The notes beneath the pieces were generated by a model. The model saw only the letters and a program-made list of their open reading frames with translations. It was not told the origin of the DNA and searched no databases. The position numbers and the translations under genes were made by a program. Positions 10,224-21,700 of a stretch of DNA of 63,557 nt are shown piece after piece (position 1 is the first letter of the stretch; each line of letters starts with the position of its first letter). Source of the stretch: a virus (Duplodnaviria; Caudoviricetes); the IMG/VR virus record IMGVR_UViG_3300021791_000002, positions 1 through 63,557 of that record; one strand, given 5' to 3'.

Positions 10224-11106
10224 TTCTAACCCGTTAACAACTCAAGTATCAGAGCAATCCGTAAAAGACGCTTTGATTCATATTGAGTCTCAAATGAAAC
10301 AATTATATGATCTTTTACAAGAAGGAGGAAGTGGAGGGGCGACAACAGAGGTTTCAGCACAGTCTCAAATAACAGCAACTAATATTGACCACACAAGTCT
10401 AGCAACAGGGTTTTTACAGGATGACGACACTTTTTCAAATCCTTCACAGGTAAAAATCGCTTCATCAGAATCAGTGAAGGCATTTGTTGAGGACCAAACA
10501 CAGTTAGCAGATCAAACTGGACACGCAAATGATATTTTAACAACCAACGGCACAGTGACAAGTTGGACGGCACTGCCTTCAGGACTCCCCCCGGGTTTAA
10601 TTGCTGCTTTCGGGACAGGAGTTGCTCCGTTAGGTTGGCTTTTGTGTGACGGACAAGCATATTCAAGATCAACGTATTCTGATTTGTGGGATATAATAGG
10701 AATAACGTGGGGTCCGGGTGACGGAGAGTCCACATTTAATGTTCCAGAATTAAAGGGAGCAGTCCTTCGCGGAACAGGAACATCGGACTTAAATGGCAAT
10801 TATGCAGGTCCGAATACTGTTGGGGCATCCCAAACTCCGCAAAATTTGAGTCACACACATCCAGTTAGTGGAACAACTGATTCCACAAGCACTGAGCATA
10901 CACACTCATACTCGCACTCCGGAGCAGGTTCAGGCGCATATCACGATAACGCAGGTTATCCTACAAATACCCTTGTAGGTGCTACTACAGGGGGGATGAG
11001 TACAAACAGTAGTCATACCCACACATTCAACGCAACCTCAAATTCTGACGGAGGTGCTGAAGTAAGAATGTACAGTCGTGGCGTACAATATATGATTAAA
11101 TACTGA
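10213..11106 (+). CDS. Tail fibre protein with phage tail collar domain
   Basis: PPGLIAAF...GWLLCDGQAYSRSTYSDLWDIIGITWGPGDGESTFNVPEL collar motif; HTH metal-binding needle repeats. Confidence 0.85.
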   Translation: MFNSSNPLTTQVSEQSVKDALIHIESQMKQLYDLLQEGGSGGATTEVSAQSQITATNIDHTSLATGFLQDDDTFSNPSQVKIASSESVKAFVEDQTQLADQTGHANDILTTNGTVTSWTALPSGLPPGLIAAFGTGVAPLGWLLCDGQAYSRSTYSDLWDIIGITWGPGDGESTFNVPELKGAVLRGTGTSDLNGNYAGPNTVGASQTPQNLSHTHPVSGTTDSTSTEHTHSYSHSGAGSGAYHDNAGYPTNTLVGATTGGMSTNSSHTHTFNATSNSDGGAEVRMYSRGVQYMIKY

Positions 11107-11111
11107 GAATT

Positions 11112-11240
11112 GTGGATAAATATACTGGCGAATGCTTTTATTGCAAAAAAAAGTTTAACCCCCACAGCAGGAGAAGAAAATATTGTGGGCAGATTTGCCG
11201 CTTGCAATATGTAAGAAACATAACTAATAATGAGTTATAA
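11112..11240 (+). CDS. 42-aa zinc-finger microprotein, not in the ORF track
   Basis: GTG-started MDKYTGECFYCKKKFNPHSRRRKYCGQICRLQYVRNITNNEL (CxxC-13-CxxxC) fills the intergenic gap. Confidence 0.6.
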   Translation: MDKYTGECFYCKKKFNPHSRRRKYCGQICRLQYVRNITNNEL

Positions 11241-11622
11241 AGCATACTGGAATAAGGATACAGCAGAGACTATCGTTGCATCGGAGTCTGCTAGTGAAGA
11301 GGGGAAATATCGTGTCCCAGAGGATGCAATTGATGTCACACCTCCACTGTTTAATCCAAGACTGGAATTTTGCAAATGGGATTATGTTGGAAATAAGTGG
11401 AGAGTAACAAGGTTATCAGCAATAGAACGATTGCGAAGAGAACGTGATCGCAAACTCATAGAATCAGATTTTTGGGCACTTTCTGATCGAAAAATGTCTG
11501 AAGATCAAATAAGGTATAGGCAAGAGTTAAGGGATTTACCTGCTAAATTTTCCGATTCTTCACCTTTATTGGACGAGTTTGGAGAGTTGACTAACATTAA
11601 TTGGCCCAAATTAGAAGAGTGA
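11230..11622 (+). CDS. Tail fibre assembly protein/chaperone
   Basis: LRRERDRKLIESDF...YRQELRDLP...WP motif. Confidence 0.8.
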   Translation: MSYKAYWNKDTAETIVASESASEEGKYRVPEDAIDVTPPLFNPRLEFCKWDYVGNKWRVTRLSAIERLRRERDRKLIESDFWALSDRKMSEDQIRYRQELRDLPAKFSDSSPLLDEFGELTNINWPKLEE

Positions 11623-11626
11623 TAAC

Positions 11627-13543
11627 ATGTTAAACAAGAAAAAAGTAAAAAGTTACTTTGCAAACAACCCGTCAAATATCATTGAACAGGCAACGATAGG
11701 GTCTGGGAGTCCTAGTAATTCCATAAGTCCTCTTGGAGGGAGTTCGTTAAATGCCAACCAAAAGCTTTCTGGTCATATAACAGCAACTACTCCTATACAA
11801 GAAGTTGGTACAGATAACCCCACAGAAGAAGATTTGCACCCGCATGAACATGCTGAATTCGCTCCTGTTGGGCAAGCAGAGGCTAATAATATGCCGATGC
11901 AAATACGGGCACCAGATGGGTCTGTTGAAAAGTTGTCATACATAAACGAAGAGGAGGCAAGACTCTTGAAAGAACGAGGTGCTTCTGGAGTTCCGACACA
12001 ATACGGACCTAAAAGCTATGTAACGGGGACAATATCGAATGCGGCAATGCCTAGTTATGGACCTGATCCTGCCAACAGAGATCTTGCTACAAGGAATTTG
12101 GGGTACGATCATCAGGTATTAAATCAAGCAAAAATCAACCGTATGCGGGCATTGAATCAAATGATGGGATTGCGTGGCGGTTTTGCAGATCGTTCTGCAC
12201 GGGCATTTGGTCGGTCAGATGCGTCTTTTGCTGCTGGTGATGCCGATTATCAGAGGGCAAGACTTCTTTCAGATCGATCTTTGCAAGGAATAGGTCAGGA
12301 TCAGGCTTTTTACAGAGGGTTGGAAGGAGAAACAAGACAGTTGGGAGAACAATTAGAAGCTGATACAAGTATGTATCAAAGGCGACTTGATCAACTTCTT
12401 GAGGAAACAGGGCGCGACCCCGTAGCACTTCAACAAGCATTATCTGCTCAAAGGCAAGAAGATATAGGGAGGCAATCCGCTGGTCAAAGGTTGGCTATGG
12501 AGCGTACGATGGGCGCAAGAGGGGTTGATCCGACATCTATGAAAGCATTGACTGCTTTGGGTGGACTGGAAAGTAATGCTTTGGCGCAAACAAGACAAGC
12601 GTCCCGTGATTCTTTTGCAGACGCAAGGAATTTACAACAACAAAGATTAGGGCAACGAGCGCAATTATATGGTCAGCGTTATGGTGCCGGGGCAAATACT
12701 ATCGGTGTCCGCCAAAATTTGTTGCAGAATTTAAGAGCAGGTAGAGGGCAAGAACGTGCTTTTGACAGTGCGCTTTTGCAGCAGGGGATACAAGACAGGC
12801 TAAACCTTGCTGGATCAGAACGTCAATTTGGGATATCACAACAATCATTTGGGAATGTCGGTCTTGGGCAAATGATTGGATTGGACCAAGCAGCAATACA
12901 AGACGCAGTTTTCGATCAGAACCGTCAGGAGCAAAAACTACTTTCCGCTTGGCAAATTCAAGCTGGGATTGACGCATCAGAGGCACAAACTCAAGCAACA
13001 AAAGAAGCAGCAAATCAGCAAGCATCCGCGAATAAACAGGCTGGAATGATGCAAGCAATTGGGACAATTGCTATGGTTAAGGTGGCATTCACTTGTATCC
13101 CTGAAGGCACCGTAATTGATACGGGAGAGGAATCTAATGTTGGAATTCGTATTGAAGACCTCAAGCCGGGTGATGTTATTGCAGGATATTACGGCAATCT
13201 TGTGCAAGTATTACAGAAGCATGAATATCTTGAAGGTTTCTATAAGGGCGACAAAAACAGATTTTTGACAATTATTTTCAGTGACGGAGAGGAAGTAAAT
13301 CTTTGTGATACTCATAGAATCATGAATATACCAAGTGGGGAACTTAATATCGGAGATAATGTTGGAACCCGCACTGTTGTAGATATTGTGAGATACGGAG
13401 ATGTTACAAGAAGTTACGATTTACTCACTTCGGACAATAAGGGTTATAGAATTTCAGGGGTTCCTGTGAATTCTATGATTGAAGAGATGGCGCGAGTTGG
13501 ATTTGCTACTGAACTTGCAAACAATTTACGGAAGGCAGCATGA
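11627..13543 (+). CDS. Internal virion (ejection) protein with C-terminal Hint domain
   Basis: Q/A/G-rich helical body; C-terminal CIPEGT...CDTH...SYDL...VPVNS Hint signature. Confidence 0.7.
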   Translation: MLNKKKVKSYFANNPSNIIEQATIGSGSPSNSISPLGGSSLNANQKLSGHITATTPIQEVGTDNPTEEDLHPHEHAEFAPVGQAEANNMPMQIRAPDGSVEKLSYINEEEARLLKERGASGVPTQYGPKSYVTGTISNAAMPSYGPDPANRDLATRNLGYDHQVLNQAKINRMRALNQMMGLRGGFADRSARAFGRSDASFAAGDADYQRARLLSDRSLQGIGQDQAFYRGLEGETRQLGEQLEADTSMYQRRLDQLLEETGRDPVALQQALSAQRQEDIGRQSAGQRLAMERTMGARGVDPTSMKALTALGGLESNALAQTRQASRDSFADARNLQQQRLGQRAQLYGQRYGAGANTIGVRQNLLQNLRAGRGQERAFDSALLQQGIQDRLNLAGSERQFGISQQSFGNVGLGQMIGLDQAAIQDAVFDQNRQEQKLLSAWQIQAGIDASEAQTQATKEAANQQASANKQAGMMQAIGTIAMVKVAFTCIPEGTVIDTGEESNVGIRIEDLKPGDVIAGYYGNLVQVLQKHEYLEGFYKGDKNRFLTIIFSDGEEVNLCDTHRIMNIPSGELNIGDNVGTRTVVDIVRYGDVTRSYDLLTSDNKGYRISGVPVNSMIEEMARVGFATELANNLRKAA

Positions 13544-15738
13544 TGGCTATTAATTACGGATATGGTCTAGACCCGAATCAAGGTGCATTAGTTAATTCAC
13601 TGCTTGCAGCAGAGGATAAGAAGCGAAAGGCAGAAGAGATTAAAGCATTTGGAAAAGTGAATGCAGAGAAGACAAAAATAGATGCATTTAACAAGATGTT
13701 TAGTCAGCTAGCATCAGCAGGAGTCGGGGTAGCAAAAGAGCATATGAAGTCAGACTTGAACAGTTACACTTCTGATCATAATGCTGCTGTTGATCAAGCA
13801 AAGCACCAACGCAATCAATACCAAACAGGAACAGATGAGTATAATTTCTTCAATGAAAGAATTACTAATTTGAATAATGATTTCAGAGAGGATGTAAAAG
13901 CGTGGAAAGAATCAGGGTTTTTAAATCGTGACGGTTCGCTTTTAAGTGTCACAAAGGGAGAGACAGGAGGTGAGCGGACATTTACAGGTTTAGATGAGGG
14001 GCAACAGGGGATGTTGAAACACAGCAACAAGAGAATAAAAGAATTAAAAGATGAAAATATTGAATTAGAGAAAGGCATTCAATCTCGCAGGGATTCTTTA
14101 AAAAAAAGTTACGAAAACCCTTCTTCCACTATGGCTTCTAATCCAGATTTTTATACTGGTGGTGACCACATGAAAGAAATTCAGGAAAGGTGGGATTCCA
14201 AACCTGATCAGAACACAATCGCAGAAAACAGAGGCATGATTTCTAAACTGGAAAGGGGAGTTTCTGGATTGCAAGAAAAGGCACAAGGGGTTTTAGAGGG
14301 TTATGATTTTGACCCTGTCACAGGAAAGGAATTGAATCGTTCTTCGTTGAAGTTACATGAGCAAAGAAGATATAAGGAAGCACAACGTAGTAACACTTTG
14401 GAGGGGCAAGCCGCAGGTCTTTTAGTGAGATCAGGTATAACTCCTCCTGACAATCTTCTTCAAGGTTCTCCTTACGGGATGATGACTAAGGAACAACTTG
14501 AAGCAGTTATGATAAAAGGTATGGAGCCAGAGCTATTAAAACAGGCTCAATTCAGGATCAGAAACGGCATATCTTTTGACAAAGAAAATAAGGAACACCA
14601 GCAAATCGCTGATAGTTATGGAATGAATTTCGATCAACTTCAAAATATAACCAAACACAGTGCAGAAGCTATTCATTTAAATAGGCTGAATAAAGCCGGT
14701 ACTGATTATAACGCAATTGAAAAATACGGAAATGAGGCGATAAATAGTGGGTATGATTTTACAACTTTAACACCTGAACATATTCAGGGAAGAATTGATG
14801 ACGCAAAGTCGGCAACACGAAACAGTTTTTACGCTAAGGCAATGAGCATTGCTAATACTGGCAATCTTCAGTTTCAAAACTCTTGGTATGCCTCTAATGA
14901 GAGACAAATAAATAAGTATATTGCTGACGGAGTATTATCTAAAGATTTCAAAGCAGCATCTTCTAGCTATTTTTCAGGGAAAGCCAAGAATACAAGTCAA
15001 AGACTGCATTTGAATAACATGACCACGTCATACAATTTAGTAGGAAAAGCAGTTGAAATTTCTGCTGAAACTCAGGAAGACATCCCAGAAGAAGTGAAAC
15101 AAATCGCAGCAAGTATAGGGATCAACGATATTAATACTTTAGTCCAAAATGAAAAAGCTAAGAACAATTTTGAACGAAGTAGAAAGGAAGTGACTGCACA
15201 AAATGCTCGTCTTACTTTGGCAAGGAGTCTTGAAAAAGAAATATATGAAGCTCAGTATGGTACTGGTCAGGGTGTCACAAGTGACGGTAGGGGTGGACTT
15301 GTTATGTATAATAAAGGAGGTTTGATAGATATCGACAAGACAGAAAAAAACTTACTGACAAAAACTAACAGCACAACAGGGGATCTTTGGACTAAAGAAG
15401 ATTTAAAAATATCCAAAGAAAGTTGGAAGCGGCATAATGCATTTCAAACTTCTATTTTACAAGCCAAGCAACACGGTGTTGATGTTAATGAACTCCAAGC
15501 AACTGACGAAGGTGGGGCATTGTTAAAGTCAACAGACTGGTCTCAAGACACTGCTGTAGGAACAGTTCAAGTGAGGCGGGGGGATACCTTATCAAAAATA
15601 GCAAAAAGACATGATACAACAGTTGCAGAGTTACAGAGGTTAAATCCTCAAATAGAAAATAAAGACAAAATTGAAACTGGTCAACGTGTGGTCGTCCCTA
15701 CTAAAAGAAGGAAATACAGAGAATTTCAACGGAACTAA
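13540..15738 (+). CDS. Internal virion (ejection) protein with C-terminal LysM domain
   Basis: VRRGDTLSKIAKRHDTTVAELQRLNPQI LysM motif; coiled-coil body; ejection-gene position. Confidence 0.75.
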   Translation: MMAINYGYGLDPNQGALVNSLLAAEDKKRKAEEIKAFGKVNAEKTKIDAFNKMFSQLASAGVGVAKEHMKSDLNSYTSDHNAAVDQAKHQRNQYQTGTDEYNFFNERITNLNNDFREDVKAWKESGFLNRDGSLLSVTKGETGGERTFTGLDEGQQGMLKHSNKRIKELKDENIELEKGIQSRRDSLKKSYENPSSTMASNPDFYTGGDHMKEIQERWDSKPDQNTIAENRGMISKLERGVSGLQEKAQGVLEGYDFDPVTGKELNRSSLKLHEQRRYKEAQRSNTLEGQAAGLLVRSGITPPDNLLQGSPYGMMTKEQLEAVMIKGMEPELLKQAQFRIRNGISFDKENKEHQQIADSYGMNFDQLQNITKHSAEAIHLNRLNKAGTDYNAIEKYGNEAINSGYDFTTLTPEHIQGRIDDAKSATRNSFYAKAMSIANTGNLQFQNSWYASNERQINKYIADGVLSKDFKAASSSYFSGKAKNTSQRLHLNNMTTSYNLVGKAVEISAETQEDIPEEVKQIAASIGINDINTLVQNEKAKNNFERSRKEVTAQNARLTLARSLEKEIYEAQYGTGQGVTSDGRGGLVMYNKGGLIDIDKTEKNLLTKTNSTTGDLWTKEDLKISKESWKRHNAFQTSILQAKQHGVDVNELQATDEGGALLKSTDWSQDTAVGTVQVRRGDTLSKIAKRHDTTVAELQRLNPQIENKDKIETGQRVVVPTKRRKYREFQRN

Positions 15739-15740
15739 AA

Positions 15741-18700
15741 ATGTCACAACTTAACTTCTGGCAACATCTTCAGTTTCAGGTAAAGTACGCTCCTGTTTCT
15801 GAAACAGATGATGATTTGGAAAAGTGGAAAAAACGATCACAAGTAATAGATAACGAAGTCGAAAAATCAGGTATAAGCAATCCGACTTTTGTTAAAATTG
15901 CCAAAGATCGTTTGTTAGGTCAACGTCCTCCAACTTACTCCGCACTAGAAAACATAGCAGAAGATTTGCCGACAGGTTTTGCAAGAGGTACTTACGGGTC
16001 TTTCACCAAGTCAGTTGGTGCCGGATTAAGTGCCCCACGGGCATCTGTTATGGACGATCTTCAGCCTTTTTTTGATAAAGGAATACAAGATGAAGTTACC
16101 GGGGAGATGCGCGAATACACGCAAGAAGAGAAGGAAGAATTCGCAACAAAGTATTTAAGCAATGAACTGCCACACCCGTTCATCCCGACATTTTTGTCAC
16201 CCAAAAGAAAGGACATTTACGACAGACCTGAAAAACCTGAGTGGTTGCAAGAGTTAGGGACTAATCTTTATGAACACGGGAAAGAGTTCAGAGAACGCTG
16301 GCAAGGAGAAGGACGTGCTGCAACCAACGAAGAATACATCAGAAAAGCTTATTCACCTAGTGGTGATATAGTAGAGAAATTGTTTGCAAAAGCTATCCAG
16401 AGAGGGTGGGTAAACAGTCCGTCAGAATTAGCACGGTCAACTGGAGAATCAGTCGCATCTCTTGGTGCTGGGGTTACTGCTGGAACAGCAGGGTTTCTTG
16501 CGGGCGGCCCTAGAGGTGCTGCAGCAGGTTTTATGGCAGGAGCGACTATGCAAGCATCACTGCAAGTTGCTGATGGTGTTGGAGAGTCAGTTGAGAATGA
16601 TGAGGAAATAAAAAAGTTGGTTGAGCAAACAGTTTTACAAAAATATACCACAGAACAATTAGCAAATGAAGATATTAGAGATAAGGTAAAAGAAGAAACA
16701 GATGACAAGATGAATGACTTAGGTAAATTCTGGACAAGTGAAACAATTCAAAGGAGATTAGGATCACCAGCAGCATTGATTGATTTAATAGGCGCATATC
16801 CTTTAGGCAACATAGTTGCACGGGCAATATTAGATACAGGGGCAGAAGCGGGTTCTGAAGCGTACGATACCGCACTAGAGGAAACAATAAAACTTAATGC
16901 AAAAGAAGATTTGCTTCAGGAGTTGGGGGTTCCTCAATCAGAAATTGATGAAGTCTTAAATTATGAAACTATTGCAGGACTTCGTATAAATGACTGGATG
17001 AAAGTAGTTCGTGGCGGGACTGCTGGTGCAATCTTAGGCGCAGGAACGACAGCACCTACAATTGCAATAGAAGAGGCAGGTAAATTAGCAGTTAATACAT
17101 TAAAGAAGTCTTCTGATCCACGGATTGATCCAGACAGGACTGCCAGAAAAACGCTTCGTGATCAGGAGATGATTGACACAAAAGAAGAAGCGTACGTTGA
17201 ACAAGTCAGGTTACAGGGGTTAGATGCTCAAGTTAAGGGGTTAGACGCAGAGGCAAAAGCAGAGACTGCCAGATTAAACGCTGAAAGAGAAAAGGAGAAG
17301 ACTGAGCAGGAAAGAATCAAAGCAAGGTTAAAAGGGTACCTAGAAGGTGATCCAAAAGAACAACTTGCTCTTGACCAGCAAGTCGAAACCACTTCTGATC
17401 AGGTGATGCCTGACCTCCCAGATATGCCTGATGAGTTTGGACCAAGTTCCACAGCAGAAGACATACGAGTCTCATCAGAATTAACTCCTGAAGAAGTACG
17501 CGAAGAAGAAGATAGATGGGAAAAGGCACTTAAATTTTATGATGATTTTTACATGGCTGAAGGAGGAGTAGTTGGTCTTAGTGAACCCTACAAAAATGAT
17601 CCTCTTCCCGGATACAAGCATTATAATTTAACAGCAGTAGGAGAAAATATAGGGAGAGTTATTCTTCGTAAGACTGAAGATAATTTCGATGTTTTGCATC
17701 TTGAGATTTCTCCGGAGTGGAGGGGGAAAGGATTAGGGTTTCGGTGGCTGGAGCAGGAAATTACAAAGGCAAAGAGTCAGGGAATAGACTCAACTCTTCA
17801 GTTGACTCATAACCCTAACGTGATTAAGTGGGCACAAGAAAAAGGAGGGGTTTTAGAAGGAGTTAACGAGGAACAAGGAACAGTTAGTACGATTACATTT
17901 CCTGTTAAAGATGAAACTACACAAGTAGACCCTAGATTAGCCCCACAGCCTGAAACTGCACCTGATGAGCGAGCGCAACTAGAGCAATCTATCCTTGATG
18001 ATTTCGCATCGTACGATGCAGAGTACAGAGAGACGGGTGTCGCTTCTCAAGTTTCAGAAGACGAAGCGGGGAACACGACTTTAAGGAGTGCTTCATCTGC
18101 ACAGGACAGGAGCGACAAGAATCTTGAAGCAATCCCTAGTCCTATTTCACAAAACGAATCTCGAGATTCTGTCCACAGAAACACCAAGGCGACTACAGAA
18201 GCAGTTGTTAAATTATTCGCCAGAAGGTTCCCGAAATTAGGATTAAAACTTGGAGAAAACGTATTAATCCTAACAGATAATGAGTATAGAAGATATTTGG
18301 ATAGTCGAGCAGTTGAACAAGGAAGGCTTGATGACATTACTGTTCAGGGTGTAGAGGATTTTGCACAAGAACTTTCCCGAGCGTCAGATTATGTCCCCGG
18401 GACAGAGGGGCATTATGAGAAAGACACCGGGCGTGTTGTTTTAAATGTAGACAACATTAGTGCTGCAGGAGAGCAACGAAATGCATCTGATCGATTAGTT
18501 GAAGTTTTGTGGCATGAAGCATTAGGACACAAGGGATTAATTGAAGGATTGAATGATGCATCTACAGATGGCAAGGGATATAATCGTTTCATCAATGCTT
18601 TCTTGGACTCTTATCAGGACGACCCTGTTTTCAATGCATATGTATCAGAAGTCGGTTTGGAAGACAACAGATTTGGTGCTGCAGAGGAGTTTATTGTCCA

Positions 18701-21700
18701 GAAATTCAGGGAAGGAAATGTTTTTAATTTAGATGAAGAAGGAAACTTATATGAAAGTATAGACACTGGAGAAAACAGATTTTCTCAAGGGTCTTTAGAG
18801 AATAAATTCTTAGACTCTTTAGTTGCATCGTTTAAAGCAGCAATTGGAAGAGATGGGGTCAACAAGGGGCGTTTAGATGACCGACAAATACGTCATATCA
18901 TGTTGGCATTAAAGCTAAAGAATATGGGTCAAAATGTATTAGGAAGGCGACCTGTTATTTCATTTGAGGATCAGGACGATTTTATTTTGGAAAGTGACCC
19001 GTCAGATCAAACAGTAACAAAGGAAACGACTGACGCTGATGGGAACACAATATTACATTCGTTAGACAGCAAGTTGCCAGAAGGGTATCGCGACATAAAG
19101 AAATTTCGTCACGCCACAGGAAAAGAGTGGAGATGGGAATTCAATCTACCTCCAACAAAGGGGAGAAAAAAAGACAGAACATTTCAGATACGAGCCTTCC
19201 GCGCAAAGGCAACTAGTGATACTGTTGGAGGGGCATCTACGTTTACTGCATTCGATGATAAAACAGGAGTAGCAACAGAAAGCAAACCTTTGTATGAGGT
19301 TGATCCTGAATTTAAAAGTAAAATTGATGCTGCAAATATAGACCCTAACAATGAAAATGCATATGTATTTGATTTTGGTAAGCTAAATCCGCGTTCAGGG
19401 AAGATTTCGTATTTACGCACAAAGGAGGGAAGCGAAAAAGAAATAATGTCCCAAGTTGTTTCATTCTTGAAAGAATTCTTGGGAGACGTGCGCCCCCAAC
19501 AACTAATATATACAGGAAAAGAAGAAACAGAAGATTCTGTAGAAGGAAAAGTTCCTGCAATTAATCGGTTGTATACGAGAATTAATCAACGGATGGCAGA
19601 CGAATTTAGTTATCCCCAAAATGTAGAGCATCTTTATAACGGAGATTTAGAGGGAATATTTATCTTACAAGACGCTCCTGCTGAAGCAGAGGGTCAAGCA
19701 GCGCAGGAATCTGTTCCCCCTACTCCTGAGGTTAAACGGGTTTTAGACCTTTCAAGACAAGCAGAGGAGAATTTATTAAGGTCTATAGGACCAACAGTTC
19801 AGGAACAAGAAGCAATTTTAAGGTCTGCTGCGCGGACCCCAGAATTCAGAAAGTTTTTCCGAGGGAATAAATTAACTGCTGATTTGATGGGAGGTAATCC
19901 TAACGAGCCTTTGATGGTATATCATGGTGCTAAAGGTGGATTTGAAGGAGTAGGATTTAAAGAGAAAGATCGCTCAAGAGTAGAACCTCCTTTAAGTGAT
20001 GAGCGAGGCAGTGAGCATTTGGGGGCGCGAGAACGAAGGGAACCGTTTATTTATGTAACAACTTCAAAAAGGCTAGCAAGCGGTTATGGAGGCAGAACGA
20101 AGAGAGGAGTAGTATTGCCGCTTTATGCAAGAATAAGAAAACCTTTTGTATTCACAGCAAAAGCTTATAACGATTGGGCCGAACAAAAATTCGGAGTCCG
20201 TCCTATGGATGAGGAGGATGTAGCCTATTCTAATGCCTTTCTTAGTCCCCCTAGTAAACAGGACAGGAGATATCCACATGACGTAATTTATAGAATAGCA
20301 CAACATATGTGGAGAGATGCTTACTTTTTTCAAGGCATATTGGATCAGGGTTATGATGGGGCTATTTTTGAAGGATCATCATCTCAGGGAAATGATCATA
20401 TTGCACTTGTATTGCCTCAAAACTTAAAATCGCAGTGGAATGTTGAACCTGAAGAGGGATTGGATTTATTGCGGTCTGCTCCACAGAAGTTTAAACGCAA
20501 TTGGTATGGAGATGAAGGGCTTTATGATCCAAGCTACGTCAGCGAAGTTAAGACTGAAGAGTTAAAGGGGGACACAGGAGAGGTTTTAGGAACAAAAGAA
20601 GTTCCTCAGTTTGAAAGCGGCATTGATTTCACAATTCCAGATGAAAGTGAAGAAGGTTTACTTTATAGAGGAATGAGTGATGGAGAATACCAAGAATTTG
20701 TCAAAACAGGAGAAGTTAAATCAGCAGGATCATATAACATCGGAGAACAGGCAGGACTCACCTATTATTCAACAAGCATACAATCGGCAGAAGCTTATGC
20801 GGACAGGTTTGCTCCTTCACAATTTAAGGCATCTTTTGAAAAACCAGCGTACGTTGTCGCAATAAATGCCCCTGATACAAAGTATACAAGACATGTCGAA
20901 GGTGTTGGAGAACATGAAGTTGGAGTATCAATACCAATACCGTCAAAAGATATTGTTGCAATTTACAAAGGGGAAGTAATTGAGCATCGCCCCGGAACAG
21001 AGGGGGAGGGTATTAGTATTGCTCCGTCATCAAAACTTTCTTGGAAGAAAATCTTTGATCAACGATCACAAAAGCCACTTGGAAGAGAACCAGTAGAGGA
21101 GGGTGCGCTTGATTTGCCTGATGCCCCTCCGGGTTTCTGGGAGAAGGCAGATTCAGATTACGATTCTCTTTTTACGGAAGAGAAAGCTTCTCAGCGATTG
21201 AAATATGTGCATGATTTAATCAATAAAACATTAAGTGACGGAGGGGATACATTTGCTAATGAAATCGGAGAAAACAACACTATTGATCACGAAAATTACA
21301 TTGCGGATTTAAGAGTATTCTCTTCCGAACCTGTCACAGGTTCAGACAGATTAACAGGAGAAGAAAAGAAAATAAATCCTGCGACAGCACTTTACATGCA
21401 AACCAAAACCCCCAAATTCAGGAAATTTTACCGAGGCAGTCGTTTAGTTAACACGGACAAAAAATCCCCGAATTACAATAAGCCTATAATGTTGTTCCAC
21501 GGAACATTTGAGTGGGAGGGGAAAGGGTTTAAAAACAAATTCAGAGGACGTAGCACTCAAGGTCTTGCGGGGGCTGTGGGAACCGGATTAAATACAGGAG
21601 GTATTCTAGGACACGGATTTTATTTTACCTCTAATTTAAACGTGGCAGAAAGTTATGCTACTACTGATTGGAACCCTAGTGGTGAAGGTGGCTTTATTAT

